Shown one piece after another: positions 1 to 10,692 of a stretch of DNA of 64,000 bases. How positions within the stretch are numbered: the first letter of the stretch is position 1; each line of letters begins with the position of its first letter. This DNA comes from Candidatus Cacconaster scatequi (GTDB lineage: Bacteria > Bacteroidota > Bacteroidia > Bacteroidales > UBA932). The stretch lies in contig JAGHTO010000014.1 in assembly GCA_018065305.1 (NCBI GenBank), positions 6,243-70,242 on the forward strand, read 5' to 3'. Made by a program: the position numbers and the translations under genes. The notes below the pieces were generated by a model that saw only the letters and a list, made by a program, of their open reading frames with translations, ran no database searches and was not told where the DNA came from.

Positions 1-939
1 GCTACTCTTGTAAAGAAACTCGAAGAGTTGGAGATAGGCAGGCCGTCAACGTATGCGCCAACAATAGACACCATAAGTTCCAGAGGTTACATCACCAAGG
101 GAGACTGTGCAGGTTCGGAGCGGCCGATTGTCCGGATTTCATTGAAGAAAGATGCAATCGTGAGAAGCGAAAGCACCGAAAAGGCGGGGGCTGAAAAAAA
201 GAAACTGTTCCCGGAAAACATCGGAATGATTGTAAGCGACTATCTAACCGAACACTTTGAAGAGATAGTGGATTATGGGTTCACCGCAAAAGTGGAGGAC
301 GGCTTCGACAAGGTGGCTGCAGGCAAACTTGTCTGGAACAAACTTATCGCAGACTTCTACGCTCCATTTGAAACGACCGTATCGGCAGCACTCGCGGACT
401 CGGGATATTCCAACCACGAAAGGGTGATAGGCAATGATCCGCAGTCCGGCAAGGTGATAATTGCAAGAGTCGGTCCATACGGCCCTATGGTGCAGAAAGG
501 GGACAAGGACGACCCTCAGAAACAATATGCCAGCATGACCAAGGGGCAGCTGATTGAAACGATAACTCTTGAAGAGGCGTTGCAACTGTTCGTTCTGCCG
601 CGCAGGGTAGGCAGCCTGGAAGGAGCCGAAATCTCAACCGCAATAGGAAAATATGGCCCATATGTCAAGTATGGCGGCAAATTCATATCCCTGGGCAAGA
701 CTCTCAGCCCTTATACTCTGACCGAAGAGGAAGCAATCGAACTCATCCGGCAGCACAACGACAAGGAGGCGAACAAAGTCATCGCCTCTTATCCGGATTC
801 CGACATTCAGGTCCTCAATGGTCGCTACGGCCCATACATTAAACAGGGAAAGAATAATTTCAAAATCCCCAAAAGTGTTGATGCAAAAACACTTGGAGAG
901 AAAGATTGCCTCAAGCTGATAGCTGATTCAAAAAAATAG
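1..939 (+). CDS. topA: DNA topoisomerase I, C-terminal portion (5' end upstream of window)
   Basis: The frame is open from base 1. The translation ATLVKKLEELEIGRPSTYAPTI contains the conserved type IA topoisomerase GRPSTYA motif. Two C-terminal G(K/R)YGPY(V/I)K repeats are present. Confidence 0.85.
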   Translation, partial: ATLVKKLEELEIGRPSTYAPTIDTISSRGYITKGDCAGSERPIVRISLKKDAIVRSESTEKAGAEKKKLFPENIGMIVSDYLTEHFEEIVDYGFTAKVEDGFDKVAAGKLVWNKLIADFYAPFETTVSAALADSGYSNHERVIGNDPQSGKVIIARVGPYGPMVQKGDKDDPQKQYASMTKGQLIETITLEEALQLFVLPRRVGSLEGAEISTAIGKYGPYVKYGGKFISLGKTLSPYTLTEEEAIELIRQHNDKEANKVIASYPDSDIQVLNGRYGPYIKQGKNNFKIPKSVDAKTLGEKDCLKLIADSKK

Positions 940-974
940 TTACAATTCGTAAGTTGTTTTTGCAATTTTTTGGC

Positions 975-982
975 TATTTTTG
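975..982 (+). promoter_or_regulatory. Bacteroidetes-type -7 promoter box (TATTTTTG) upstream of lrp/asnC
   Basis: Matches the TAnnTTTG consensus about 40 nt upstream of the ATG at 1022. Confidence 0.35.
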
Positions 983-1021
983 CCCCGGAAACAATCAGAA
1001 CGACTGAAAAATCATAAGTGT

Positions 1022-1528
1022 ATGTCAGCAAACAGCCCATATCAAATCGACGACACCGACAAAAAGATACTTTCATTCCTGGTAAAGAATGCCAGAATGT
1101 CCTTTCTTGAAATTGCCCGCGAATGTGGAATTTCGGGAGCGGCCATACACCAGAGGGTAAAGAAGATGGAAAACAGCGGGGTAATCACAGGCTCCTGCCT
1201 GATGGTCAAACCGAGTGCAATCGGATTGAAAGTATGCGCCTTCATCTCCGTCGACCTTTCACAGGCGAACAGCTATCCCCAGGTGATAGAGGCTCTCAAG
1301 AAGATACCGGAAGTGGTTGAGTGTCATTTTATTACCGGCAGCCATTCCCTGATGCTGAAACTGTACTGCTTCAACCACGAGCACCTTATGCATGTGGTGA
1401 TCAACACCATCCAGAATCTCCCCGGCATAGAGAGGACTGACACATTCCTCTCCCTTGACCAGCCCATCGAAAGGCAGATATGGGTCAAGAATTATTCGTA
1501 CGAAGACACGCTATCGTCCAAGAAGTAG
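1022..1528 (+). CDS. Lrp/AsnC family transcriptional regulator
   Basis: The N-terminal HTH (DDTDKKILSFLVKNARMSFLEIARECGISGAAIHQRVKKMENSGVI) is followed by an AsnC-type ligand-binding domain. The first ATG in the ORF is at 1022; the track start at 980 is TTG. Confidence 0.85.
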   Translation: MSANSPYQIDDTDKKILSFLVKNARMSFLEIARECGISGAAIHQRVKKMENSGVITGSCLMVKPSAIGLKVCAFISVDLSQANSYPQVIEALKKIPEVVECHFITGSHSLMLKLYCFNHEHLMHVVINTIQNLPGIERTDTFLSLDQPIERQIWVKNYSYEDTLSSKK

Positions 1529-2188
1529 AGCCGCCGATTCCAAGTCCTCCCGTGTTGTAATCTTGATGTTTGTCCTCTCCCCCGGCACAAGCCGGATGGG
1601 GTATCCGCAGGCCTGCACTACTGTCGCATCATCTGTGAATGACTGCAAATAAGCCTGACCGTATGCCTTCTTGAGCACGTCCGACCTGAAAACCTGCGGC
1701 GTCTGCACCGCCACAAAACGGGATCTGTCGACTGAAACAGAAGACCCGTCTCCGGAAATCTCACGCAACGACTCCACTACCGGCAGCGCCGGAACCACGG
1801 CGGGACAACTCTCCGCTTCGGCAAAAAGCCTTCTTATCATCCCAGCGCTGACCAACGGCCTCACTCCGTCGTGGACGGCCACAATCGAATCTTCTTTCAC
1901 ATATCTGAGCGCATTCTGGACGGAATGGAACCTTGTGATGCCGCCCTGTACCAGAATGTATCTTTCAATGAAACAATTGGACGCACAGTATTTCCGCCAA
2001 TACTCCTTCATGTCCTGAGGCAGGACTATGATGACGGATATATCATCTCCGAAAGCGGAAAGGAACTTCTCTATTGTATGCCTCAGAACCGGTTTGCCGT
2101 TTATTTCGAGAAACTGCTTCGGCAATTCGGACCCCAGACGCACCCCTCTGCCTCCGGCCGGAATGACAACGTATTTTTTTGATGACAT
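1511..2188 (-). CDS. ispD: 2-C-methyl-D-erythritol 4-phosphate cytidylyltransferase
   Basis: Contains the motif VVIPAGGRGVRLGSELPKQFLEINGKPVL. The likely start is the internal ATG (MSSKKYVVIPAGG) at 2188. Confidence 0.85.
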   Translation of the reverse strand: MSSKKYVVIPAGGRGVRLGSELPKQFLEINGKPVLRHTIEKFLSAFGDDISVIIVLPQDMKEYWRKYCASNCFIERYILVQGGITRFHSVQNALRYVKEDSIVAVHDGVRPLVSAGMIRRLFAEAESCPAVVPALPVVESLREISGDGSSVSVDRSRFVAVQTPQVFRSDVLKKAYGQAYLQSFTDDATVVQACGYPIRLVPGERTNIKITTREDLESAALLLGR

Positions 2189-2282
2189 TTTGTTGAGAAA
2201 TATATAATTATGTCCCAAATTTAACAAGAAAATATTAAATTTGTATTTTGGTGGATACACCGACTAAATATTAGCGACAGAT

Positions 2283-3299
2283 ATGAATTTCTCTTTTTTC
2301 AGCAAGGCTGTGGCCATCGACCTGGGAACGGCCAATACGGTTATATTCATGGACGACAAGAAGGTCATTGACGAGCCTTCCATCATAGCCATAGACAGAC
2401 TTTCCGGCAAAGTTGTGGCGGTAGGAAAGAAAGCGAAGGAGATGCACGAGAAGGAAAGTCCGAACATCCGCACGATACGGCCTCTGAAGGATGGCGTAAT
2501 CGCCGATTTCGATGCTGCCGAGAGTATGATACGCGAGTTCATCAAAATGGCGAATCCCAAGAGAAGCATCTTTGCACCCAGTTACCGTATGGTCGTCTGC
2601 ATACCGTCCGGCTCAACCGAGGTTGAAAAGCGCGCGGTGCGCGACGCGGCGGAGCATTCAGGAGCCCGCGACTTCCAGATGATCTATGAGCCTATGGCCG
2701 CCGCTCTCGGAATCGGCCTGAACGTGACCGCACCTTCCGGGAGTATGATTGTCGACATCGGAGGCGGAACGACTGAAATTGCAGTGATTTCTCTCGGCGG
2801 TATCGTTGCCGATGAGAGCATAAAGGTCGCAGGTGACACGTTCACCGCTGAAATACAGCAATATCTGCGTCAGCAGTACAACATACGTGTAGGTGAGATT
2901 TCCGCAGAACTCGTAAAGCTTGAGGTCGGAGCGGCAATGTCGAACCTTGAGGATGCCCCCGAGCCATACGTCATCATCGCCCCCAATGTAATGACCGTTC
3001 ACCCGGTTGTATCCAATATCTCATATCAGGAGATAGCCCACTGCCTTGACAAGTCAATATCCAAGATTGAAAACAGCATTCTTTCCGTTCTGGAGCATAC
3101 TCCCCCCGAGTTGTACGGAGATATCGTCAAAAAGGGTATTTTCCTGACAGGAGGCGGAGCGATGCTGCGCGGACTCGCCCAGCGTCTTTCCCATAAGGTG
3201 AACATCGAATTCCACGTTGCGGAAGATCCTTTGCGCGCAGTTGCAAGAGGCACGGGTGTGGCACTCAAAAATCCCTCATATCCCTTCCTTATGAGATAA
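2283..3299 (+). CDS. mreB: Rod shape-determining protein MreB
   Basis: Actin-fold motifs AIDLGTANT and DIGGGTTEIAV are present. The gene is followed by mreC and mreD. Confidence 0.95.
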   Translation: MNFSFFSKAVAIDLGTANTVIFMDDKKVIDEPSIIAIDRLSGKVVAVGKKAKEMHEKESPNIRTIRPLKDGVIADFDAAESMIREFIKMANPKRSIFAPSYRMVVCIPSGSTEVEKRAVRDAAEHSGARDFQMIYEPMAAALGIGLNVTAPSGSMIVDIGGGTTEIAVISLGGIVADESIKVAGDTFTAEIQQYLRQQYNIRVGEISAELVKLEVGAAMSNLEDAPEPYVIIAPNVMTVHPVVSNISYQEIAHCLDKSISKIENSILSVLEHTPPELYGDIVKKGIFLTGGGAMLRGLAQRLSHKVNIEFHVAEDPLRAVARGTGVALKNPSYPFLMR

Positions 3300-4114
3300 T
3301 GTACGACAATCGCAGTCTCATAGCGGCAACAATTACGGCTGTGCTGTTCATCCTCCTTGAAGTATGTTCGGCGTTGCTGATTGTAAATAACGGTATTATT
3401 CAGAGATTCAAGGCTGTAGGATATATTCACGATGTCCAGGCCTTTTTTTGGGAAAAGGAGGCCGACCTGACACAATTCCTGAACTACAAATCCGACAATC
3501 AAGCCCTGTCAGAGGAAAACGTGCGGCTCAAGAACATAATCTCGAAATACCGATACAGGGCAGAAAAGATGGACAGCTTATTGTTCTCTCCTGAAAACGG
3601 AGGCTATTTCTACATATGCGCCAGAGTAGTCAGGAACGTGATCAACAGCCAGCACAATTATCTGGTCCTCAACAGGGGGGAGTCGGATGGAATCCGAACG
3701 GGAATGGGTGTCGTCACCCCCTTAGGAGTCGTCGGAATCGTGGAGAACACCACGAAAAATTACTGTACGGTCATCTCCTTCCTCAACTCCAGCCAGAACG
3801 TGAGCGTGAAACTGACAGGGAACGGAATGTTCGGTCCGATGTCCTGGGACGGCATCTCGACATCCAAAAGTATCCTGAGGGGAATACCCGCATACGTTGA
3901 CGTTGCCACCGGCGACACTCTTGTCACCAGCGGATATTCAATCATATACCCTCCGGATATACCTGTCGGAACGGTCAGAAGCACCTCCGTGGCCGATGGT
4001 ATTGTACAGAATATCGAAATTGACCTGTTTGAAGATTTCAGGTCGCTCCACGACGTGTATGTCGTCGGAAACGGAGACAGTGAGGAATTAAAACAGCTCC
4101 TGAAGGATGAATAA
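3299..4114 (+). CDS. mreC: Rod shape-determining protein MreC
   Basis: An N-terminal TM helix and coiled-coil are followed by a beta-rich C-terminal domain (VVTPLGVVGIV..). The position between mreB and mreD fits, and the start overlaps the mreB stop (ATAATG). Confidence 0.8.
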   Translation: MYDNRSLIAATITAVLFILLEVCSALLIVNNGIIQRFKAVGYIHDVQAFFWEKEADLTQFLNYKSDNQALSEENVRLKNIISKYRYRAEKMDSLLFSPENGGYFYICARVVRNVINSQHNYLVLNRGESDGIRTGMGVVTPLGVVGIVENTTKNYCTVISFLNSSQNVSVKLTGNGMFGPMSWDGISTSKSILRGIPAYVDVATGDTLVTSGYSIIYPPDIPVGTVRSTSVADGIVQNIEIDLFEDFRSLHDVYVVGNGDSEELKQLLKDE

Positions 4115-4616
4115 CAGTTTCCATACGGCTGTGATGATAACTCTGGTTATCATATTCCAGTTGATGATCAACAACTTCATCAATCCGGGGCCCTACATTT
4201 TCATCAGTCTTGTGCCCTTTGCTGTTTCTCTGATACCGCGAAACACACCCATCAATCTCACGATATTCCTCTGTTTCGTAATCGGACTGACTGTCGACAT
4301 ATTCTCCCGCGGTGTCATTGGCGTGAACGCTGCTGCGGCGACTGCCATATCCGTTCTCAGAGCCCCGATATACAGAATCACCATCAACCGTGACAGGCAG
4401 GATCTCACTCCGATTCCTGAAATACGCCAATGCGGGTTCACGAAATATTTGTCCTATATCTCGATTGTCTGTCTGGCATATATGTTCATTTACTGTTCAT
4501 TGGAAAGTATGGGTGTCAGAAGCTTCCTGTTCTTCATCCCGCAGTTCCTGCTCAGTTCTGCGGCAAGTATCATCTTATCCTGCTGTTTCAGCCGTACAGT
4601 CGGTTCCCGACAGTGA
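4107..4616 (+). CDS. mreD: Rod shape-determining protein MreD (polytopic membrane protein)
   Basis: A small, very hydrophobic protein encoded directly after mreC and before PBP2. The call rests on synteny. Confidence 0.6.
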   Translation: MNNSFHTAVMITLVIIFQLMINNFINPGPYIFISLVPFAVSLIPRNTPINLTIFLCFVIGLTVDIFSRGVIGVNAAAATAISVLRAPIYRITINRDRQDLTPIPEIRQCGFTKYLSYISIVCLAYMFIYCSLESMGVRSFLFFIPQFLLSSAASIILSCCFSRTVGSRQ

Positions 4617-4632
4617 TTGCTTCTCCCTGATT

Positions 4633-6465
4633 ATGGCCACGTTCAACGAAAGACATACCGTTCTGACAATTGCGATAGTTCTGGTCTTCCTCGTGATAAC
4701 CGCCAAATTGTTCTCTGTGCAGATTATCAACAAGGAGTATCGTATCACTGCCGAGAACAACGCTCTCAAGTATGAGACAAGGTATCCTGCAAGAGGCGTG
4801 ATTCTCGACCGCAACGGTAAACTTATCGTAAGCAACTCCACCACCTACGACATTATGGTCACCCCGGCCAACGTAAGTCCGTTTGACACCGTGGCGCTCT
4901 GCAGGATTTTCGGAATGGACACCGCCTCCGTCAAGGAGAGGTTCGCCGAATATCGCAGATTCCGCAAGAAAATCGGATTCCAGTCTCTCGTCTTCAAGAA
5001 GCAGGTCCCCAACGAACAATACAACATATTCTGCGAGCAGGAATACCTTTTCCCGGGTTTCTCGGTAATTACGAGATCGAAACGCATATATCCCATAAAT
5101 GCCGGGGGAAATCTTCTGGGATACATTTCCGAAGTGGACGCTGATTTTCTCAAGAAGAATCCGGAATACAAAAGCGGTGATTACGTGGGTAAGACAGGCA
5201 TCGAACGGGCGTACGAGCCCCTTCTCAGGGGAGAAAAGGGATACAACATATACCTTCGCGATGCGCATAACCGAATCAAGGAGCGTTTCCATGACGGCGA
5301 GTATGACAAGGTGGCCATCCAGGGAACAGACCTCACAACGACCATCGATGCCGATGTCCAGGCATACGGAGAGCAGCTGATGGCTGGCAAGGTTGGCTCC
5401 ATAGTGGCTATCGAACCATCCAGCGGTGACATTCTGGCGATGGTTTCCAGCCCGGGTATCAATGTGGACATGCTGGCTGACATCAACAATCATTACAAGG
5501 AAATTGTATCCGACCCTTACAAGCCGATGTTCAACAGGGCAGTCATGTCCCCTCAGCCTCCGGGTTCAGTGTTCAAGTTGGTCAACGGATTGATAGGCCT
5601 CCAGGAAGGAGTTCTTGTTCCCCAGACCCTATATCCCTGCCACCGCGGATTCTCGGTAGGAAACCTGCACGTGGGATGTCACTCCCATTCGAGTCCCCTG
5701 AATCTGTATGAATCGATAATGACTTCGTGCAATGCATATTTCTGCTATGTTTTCCGTTCAATCCTGGACAATCCGAAATACGAGAGCGTTCAGGAAGGAT
5801 TTGAGAAGTGGAAACAATACACGGAAAGTTTCGGATTCGGCCTCAAACTCGGCTCCGACATTCCTTCCGAGCAGCCGGGCACCATGCCTACCGTCGAACG
5901 TTATGACAAACTCCACGGCAAAGGCCGGTGGAAATCCCTCTCCATCATCTCACTTTCAATCGGGCAGGGAGAAATAGGTTGCACACCGCTCCATATTGCC
6001 AATTTTGCAGCGACAATCGCCAATCGAGGCTATTATTATATTCCTCATTTACAAAAAGATACCGAAGCTACTCCAATAGACCGCAAATTCAAGGAGCGGC
6101 ACTACACCATGGTTGACACTTCGTATTTCGAGGAAGTCATAAAGGGAATGGCAATGGCTGTCACAGGCGGTACAGGCCGGGTGGCCCAAATCCCCGGAAT
6201 TGAAGTTTGCGGCAAGACAGGAACTGCACAGAATCCCCACGGGGACGACCATTCGGTATTCATCTGCTTCGCACCGAGGGAGAATCCGAAAATAGCGGTG
6301 GTGGCGTACGTGGAAAACGGAGGCTTCGGGGCGACCTACGCTGCACCCATCGCCTCCCTTGTGGTGGAAAAATATCTGCGGAGAGAAATTTCCCCGGACC
6401 GCAAATATCTTGAAGACAGGATGTTGGGAGCCAACCTTATGAACAAGGTCAAAATAAAGAAATGA
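4633..6465 (+). CDS. mrdA: Penicillin-binding protein 2 (elongasome transpeptidase)
   Basis: Transpeptidase motifs SxxK (GSVFK), SxN (SCN) and KTGTA are present. An N-terminal TM anchor follows MATFNERHTVLTIAIVLVF. The region 4390-4632 of the track ORF is an upstream read-through overlapping mreD. Confidence 0.9.
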   Translation: MATFNERHTVLTIAIVLVFLVITAKLFSVQIINKEYRITAENNALKYETRYPARGVILDRNGKLIVSNSTTYDIMVTPANVSPFDTVALCRIFGMDTASVKERFAEYRRFRKKIGFQSLVFKKQVPNEQYNIFCEQEYLFPGFSVITRSKRIYPINAGGNLLGYISEVDADFLKKNPEYKSGDYVGKTGIERAYEPLLRGEKGYNIYLRDAHNRIKERFHDGEYDKVAIQGTDLTTTIDADVQAYGEQLMAGKVGSIVAIEPSSGDILAMVSSPGINVDMLADINNHYKEIVSDPYKPMFNRAVMSPQPPGSVFKLVNGLIGLQEGVLVPQTLYPCHRGFSVGNLHVGCHSHSSPLNLYESIMTSCNAYFCYVFRSILDNPKYESVQEGFEKWKQYTESFGFGLKLGSDIPSEQPGTMPTVERYDKLHGKGRWKSLSIISLSIGQGEIGCTPLHIANFAATIANRGYYYIPHLQKDTEATPIDRKFKERHYTMVDTSYFEEVIKGMAMAVTGGTGRVAQIPGIEVCGKTGTAQNPHGDDHSVFICFAPRENPKIAVVAYVENGGFGATYAAPIASLVVEKYLRREISPDRKYLEDRMLGANLMNKVKIKK

Positions 6466-7862
6466 ACGGAATCGCGTATAGGAAACTGGACTGGATAGCA
6501 ATCTCCCTTTATCTGATACTCGTCATATTCGGGTGGATGAATATCTATTCGTCTTCCTATCAGGACGGTGTCTCAGTCTTCAGTCTCTCTACAAAATACG
6601 GGATGCACCTGATATGGATATCGACAGCCTTCCTTCTGGCTTCATTTATCCTGTTTTCCATTCCTTCAAAGATATATACCTCCATTGCACTGCCGCTATA
6701 CATTCTTTTCGCCCTGCTGCTGATAGCGGTCGCATTTATAGGAGTGGAGATAAACGGATCAAAGTCATGGTTCGCTCTTGGACCTTTCAGACTTCAACCC
6801 GCCGAATTCTCAAAATTATCCACGTCACTGTTGATAGCCTGTCTGCTGGGACATTATGACTTCAGTTTCACCAAGCCGAAATGCGTCGCCCGTGCCGCTG
6901 CCGTCATTCTTCTCCCGATTCTGTTCATCCTTATGGAGAAAGAGACCGGATCGGCTCTGGTATATCTGGGCTTCCTGCTCGTCTATTTCAAGGAGGGGAT
7001 GAACGGTTGGATTCTGATATTCGGCCTGCTGGCAATCATTCTGTTCATAGTGACACTGATCGGTTCACCCGCTGTTGCAGTCACTGTCCTGGCGGGAATA
7101 ATATTCATTCTTGCCATCCTCTATTCCAGGAAAAGATGGTTATGGGCGGCAATCGGTACAGGCACAGTCACGGCACTTGCCTTCATTTCGAAGATACCGT
7201 CCCCCGAAATACTCGACACCGCCATCACCCTGACCATTCCGGCTGCTCTTGCCGCCTCTCTCATTCTTGCCTTCAAAAAGAAGAAAATCGGACGGAACCT
7301 GTTATGGGGATATGTCTGCGGGGTATGTTTCGTGATGTCCGTACAGTTTATCTACAGCAAGGTGCTTCAGGACCATCAGAGAGCCAGAATAGAAGTCCTG
7401 CTCGGCATCCGCGACGACCCTCGGGGTGTCGGATACAATGTACACCAGTCTCTGATTGCAATAGGGTCCGGAGGTCTGACGGGCAAAGGCTATATGAACG
7501 GTACCCAGACGCATTATGATTTCGTTCCCGAGCAATCGACGGATTTCATCTTCTGCACCGTCGGAGAAGAGTGGGGATTCGTGGGTTCCGTGGGCGTACT
7601 CGCCATTTACCTTGCCCTGATACTGCATCTGATGAAGTCGGCGGAAAAGCAGGTCGACAGAATCACCAGAATATACGGCTACTGCACAGCGTCCTGCATT
7701 CTGATGCACGTGATCATAAATGTCGGTATGACAATCGGACTGATGCCGGTGATAGGCATTCCCCTGCCGTTCCTCAGTTATGGAGGATCCTCGCTCTGGG
7801 CCTTCACCCTACTTCTGTTCATATATATAAAACTTGATTACGATCATAAAATAAATCGATAA
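6462..7862 (+). CDS. rodA: Peptidoglycan glycosyltransferase RodA (SEDS family)
   Basis: A multi-TM FtsW/RodA/SpoVE-type sequence (..DFIFCTVGEEWGF.., ..LPFLSYGGSS..). The start overlaps the mrdA stop. Confidence 0.9.
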   Translation: MNGIAYRKLDWIAISLYLILVIFGWMNIYSSSYQDGVSVFSLSTKYGMHLIWISTAFLLASFILFSIPSKIYTSIALPLYILFALLLIAVAFIGVEINGSKSWFALGPFRLQPAEFSKLSTSLLIACLLGHYDFSFTKPKCVARAAAVILLPILFILMEKETGSALVYLGFLLVYFKEGMNGWILIFGLLAIILFIVTLIGSPAVAVTVLAGIIFILAILYSRKRWLWAAIGTGTVTALAFISKIPSPEILDTAITLTIPAALAASLILAFKKKKIGRNLLWGYVCGVCFVMSVQFIYSKVLQDHQRARIEVLLGIRDDPRGVGYNVHQSLIAIGSGGLTGKGYMNGTQTHYDFVPEQSTDFIFCTVGEEWGFVGSVGVLAIYLALILHLMKSAEKQVDRITRIYGYCTASCILMHVIINVGMTIGLMPVIGIPLPFLSYGGSSLWAFTLLLFIYIKLDYDHKINR

Positions 7863-7874
7863 AACCATAAAAAA

Positions 7875-10688
7875 ATGCCACTGAACTTTGTAGACAGACA
7901 CAACGGTCCCAGAGAGGAAGACGAAAAGACAATGCTTGGAACCCTGGGATGCAAAACACTTGAAGAACTTGTAAATCAAACCGTTCCTGAGGATATCCGA
8001 TTGACGGAACCCCTCCGCCTCCCGGCATCCGTCAGTGAAAGCGCGTATCTTGCAGAACTGAAGAAAACGGCTTCACGCAACAAAAACTTCAGATCACTGA
8101 TAGGGACCGGTTTCTATGGCACCTGCTCCCCCGCAGTCATCACTCGGAACATCTTCGAGAACCCCGCCTGGTACACGTCATATACTCCCTACCAGGCTGA
8201 AATTTCTCAAGGAAGGCTGGAAGCTCTCCTGAACTTCCAGACGATGATAAGTTCCCTTACAGGTTTCACCCTTTCCAACTGTTCGATGCTGGATGATGCC
8301 ACTGCAGCCGCGGAAGCGATGAGGATGATGTTCAATCTCAGATCAAGGGATGCCGTGAAGGAGAACCGCAACCGCCTGTTTGTTGATGAAAATATTTTCC
8401 CCGCAGTTCTTTCCGTCCTCAAGACGCGTTCAAAAGGTCTCGGAATCGAAATCGTTACCGGGAATTTCTCATCATACGATTTTGACGGAGGATGTTTCGG
8501 TGCAATCGTCCAATATCCGGCCGCCGACGGAACAACCCGCAACTACAGCGGATTCTGTGAGCTCGCCCACGAAAAAGGGGCGATGGTTGCCGCATACTGT
8601 GATCTTCTTTCGCTGGCGCTGCTCAAGGAGCCCTCAGCCTGGGGTGCTGACATTGCATTCGGAACCGCCCAGAGATTCGGACTTCCTATGGGATTCGGCG
8701 GTCCTACCGCCGGATACCTTGCATGCAGCGACCAGTACAGACGTACAATTCCCGGCAGAATCATCGGAATATCCGTCGACAGGCTCGGAAAGAGAGCCTA
8801 CCGTCTCGCTCTCCAGACACGTGAGCAGCATATCAAGAGAGAGAAAGCCACGTCCAACATCTGCACGGCGACGGCATTGATGGCGACAATGACAGGAATG
8901 TTCGCGATATGGCACGGCCCCGACGGAATCCGGTCAATCGCACAGAACGCCTTCGACTGCGCCCATATTGCGGCCGGAAGTCTCAAGGAAGCAGGATACA
9001 ACCTTGTCAGCGAGGACTTCTTCGACACCCTGACCATCACCGGCGTTGATGCCGCCTCAATCAGGGAGAAGGCTCTGAAGGCAGGCTTCAATTTCTGCTA
9101 TCCCTGCGCCGGAACCGTCAGGATAAGTTTCGACGAACTCTCCACATACGAGGAAGTGAAAGCCGTCTGCGGAGTATTCGGCTGCACCGCAAAGGAAAAC
9201 CGAGGAACCGCAGTCAGCGGCAATATGGCCAGAACAACCCCTATCCTCGTCGAATCCATATTCAACAGCCACCACTCCGAGACGGAGATGATGAGATACA
9301 TCAAGGCTCTGGAACGCCGCGACATATCCCTCGCCCACTCTATGATTCCTCTCGGCAGCTGCACGATGAAACTCAATGCAGCCGTGGAGATGCTGCCCCT
9401 CTCCTGGGGAGAGTTCGGCAACCTGCATCCTTACGCCCCCGCCGACCAGTGCGAGGGTACCATGCAGATAATCCGCGAAGTGGAGGAATACCTCTCCGTG
9501 ATAACGGGATTCGCAGGATGCTCGCTTCAACCGAACAGCGGCGCGGCAGGTGAATATGCAGGACTTACCACAATCCGCAACTACCTGCTCGCCAACGGAG
9601 GCAAGGAGCGTAACATAATGATTATCCCCACTTCAGCCCACGGCACCAACCCGGCTTCCGCTGCAATGGCAGGTTTCGACATCGAACTCGTAAGCTGCGA
9701 TGAGAACGGCAACATCAACGTGGAAGAACTGGCCCAAAAGGCTGAAGAGGCAGGAAACAGACTTGCCGGAATGATGATAACCTACCCCTCCACCCACGGA
9801 GTATTCGAGGTGAGGATACGCGAAATCGTCGACATCATCCACCGCAACGGAGGTCTCCTGTATATGGACGGTGCCAATATGAATGCCCAGGTCGGACTGA
9901 CTAACCCCGGCACCATCGGAGCTGACGTCTGCCACCTCAACCTGCACAAGACATTTGCGATGCCTCACGGCGGCGGCGGTCCCGGTGTGGGCCCCATTTG
10001 CGCAACCGCCGCTCTGGTTCCCTATCTTCCCGGACATCCTGAAGTTCCCGAATGCGGTGGAGAAGGCATCACGGCCGTAAGCGCGGCACCTTTCGGAAGC
10101 CCGCTTCTCCTCCCCATCACACACGCATATATCCGGCTGCTCGGACCGGAAGGTTTGAAGAAAGCTTCCGAGATAGCCATCTTGAATGCAAACTATATGT
10201 CTGCACGGTTGATGCCGGAGTTGAAGACTCTCTACACCGGGGCTACGGGACGTGTCGCCCACGAATGTATCATTGACCTGCAGCATTTCCGCGCACAATA
10301 CGGAGTGGATGCCACGGATGTGGCAAAGAGGCTGATGGACTTCGGATTCCACGCCCCCACCCTTTCTTTCCCGGTCCACGAGACACTTATGATCGAGCCT
10401 ACAGAGAGTGAGCCGAAAGCCGAACTCGACCGTTTTGTGGAAGCGGTCAAGACGATAGTCGGCGAGTGTGAGCAAATCAAGTCCGGCGAATTGGATGCCA
10501 AGGACAACCCCCTGAAAATGTCACCTCACACAGCGGAAGAGGTATGCTCAGACAACTGGAGCCATCCTTACAGCCGCTCACAGGCCGCATACCCGCTGGA
10601 GTGGTTGAAAGAGAACAAATTCTGGCCCGCCTGCAGCCGCGTTGACAACGGCTGGGGTGACAGGAATCTGATAACCGTAGCAGAATAA
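7875..10688 (+). CDS. gcvP: Glycine dehydrogenase (decarboxylating), single-chain P protein
   Basis: A 937-aa protein with typical GcvP blocks (YTPYQAEISQGRLEALLNFQTM, the PLP-lysine region NLHKTFAMPHGGGGPG). Confidence 0.95.
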   Translation: MPLNFVDRHNGPREEDEKTMLGTLGCKTLEELVNQTVPEDIRLTEPLRLPASVSESAYLAELKKTASRNKNFRSLIGTGFYGTCSPAVITRNIFENPAWYTSYTPYQAEISQGRLEALLNFQTMISSLTGFTLSNCSMLDDATAAAEAMRMMFNLRSRDAVKENRNRLFVDENIFPAVLSVLKTRSKGLGIEIVTGNFSSYDFDGGCFGAIVQYPAADGTTRNYSGFCELAHEKGAMVAAYCDLLSLALLKEPSAWGADIAFGTAQRFGLPMGFGGPTAGYLACSDQYRRTIPGRIIGISVDRLGKRAYRLALQTREQHIKREKATSNICTATALMATMTGMFAIWHGPDGIRSIAQNAFDCAHIAAGSLKEAGYNLVSEDFFDTLTITGVDAASIREKALKAGFNFCYPCAGTVRISFDELSTYEEVKAVCGVFGCTAKENRGTAVSGNMARTTPILVESIFNSHHSETEMMRYIKALERRDISLAHSMIPLGSCTMKLNAAVEMLPLSWGEFGNLHPYAPADQCEGTMQIIREVEEYLSVITGFAGCSLQPNSGAAGEYAGLTTIRNYLLANGGKERNIMIIPTSAHGTNPASAAMAGFDIELVSCDENGNINVEELAQKAEEAGNRLAGMMITYPSTHGVFEVRIREIVDIIHRNGGLLYMDGANMNAQVGLTNPGTIGADVCHLNLHKTFAMPHGGGGPGVGPICATAALVPYLPGHPEVPECGGEGITAVSAAPFGSPLLLPITHAYIRLLGPEGLKKASEIAILNANYMSARLMPELKTLYTGATGRVAHECIIDLQHFRAQYGVDATDVAKRLMDFGFHAPTLSFPVHETLMIEPTESEPKAELDRFVEAVKTIVGECEQIKSGELDAKDNPLKMSPHTAEEVCSDNWSHPYSRSQAAYPLEWLKENKFWPACSRVDNGWGDRNLITVAE

Positions 10689-10692
10689 CGGA

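Noticed and set aside
4390-4632. An upstream 81-codon extension of the PBP2 ORF overlapping mreD.
   Set aside because: The extension is in a different frame from the hydrophobic mreD product and reads as Ser/Cys-rich nonsense. The ATG at 4633 immediately precedes the PBP2 membrane anchor.
4588-5493. A 301-aa ORF on the minus strand, with similar long antisense ORFs at 9633-10475, 13112-13582, 20962-21936, 23423-24166, 25124-25924, 46574-48022, 55384-56145, 57717-58595 and 58642-59388.
   Set aside because: Each lies entirely inside, and antisense to, a gene with strong family motifs (mrdA, gcvP, xylA, cytochrome/FGE, clpB, GH116-like, tamB-like, lpxD, infB). Their translations are low-complexity or R/G/H-rich with no recognisable motifs. 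They are shadow ORFs typical of GC-rich coding DNA.
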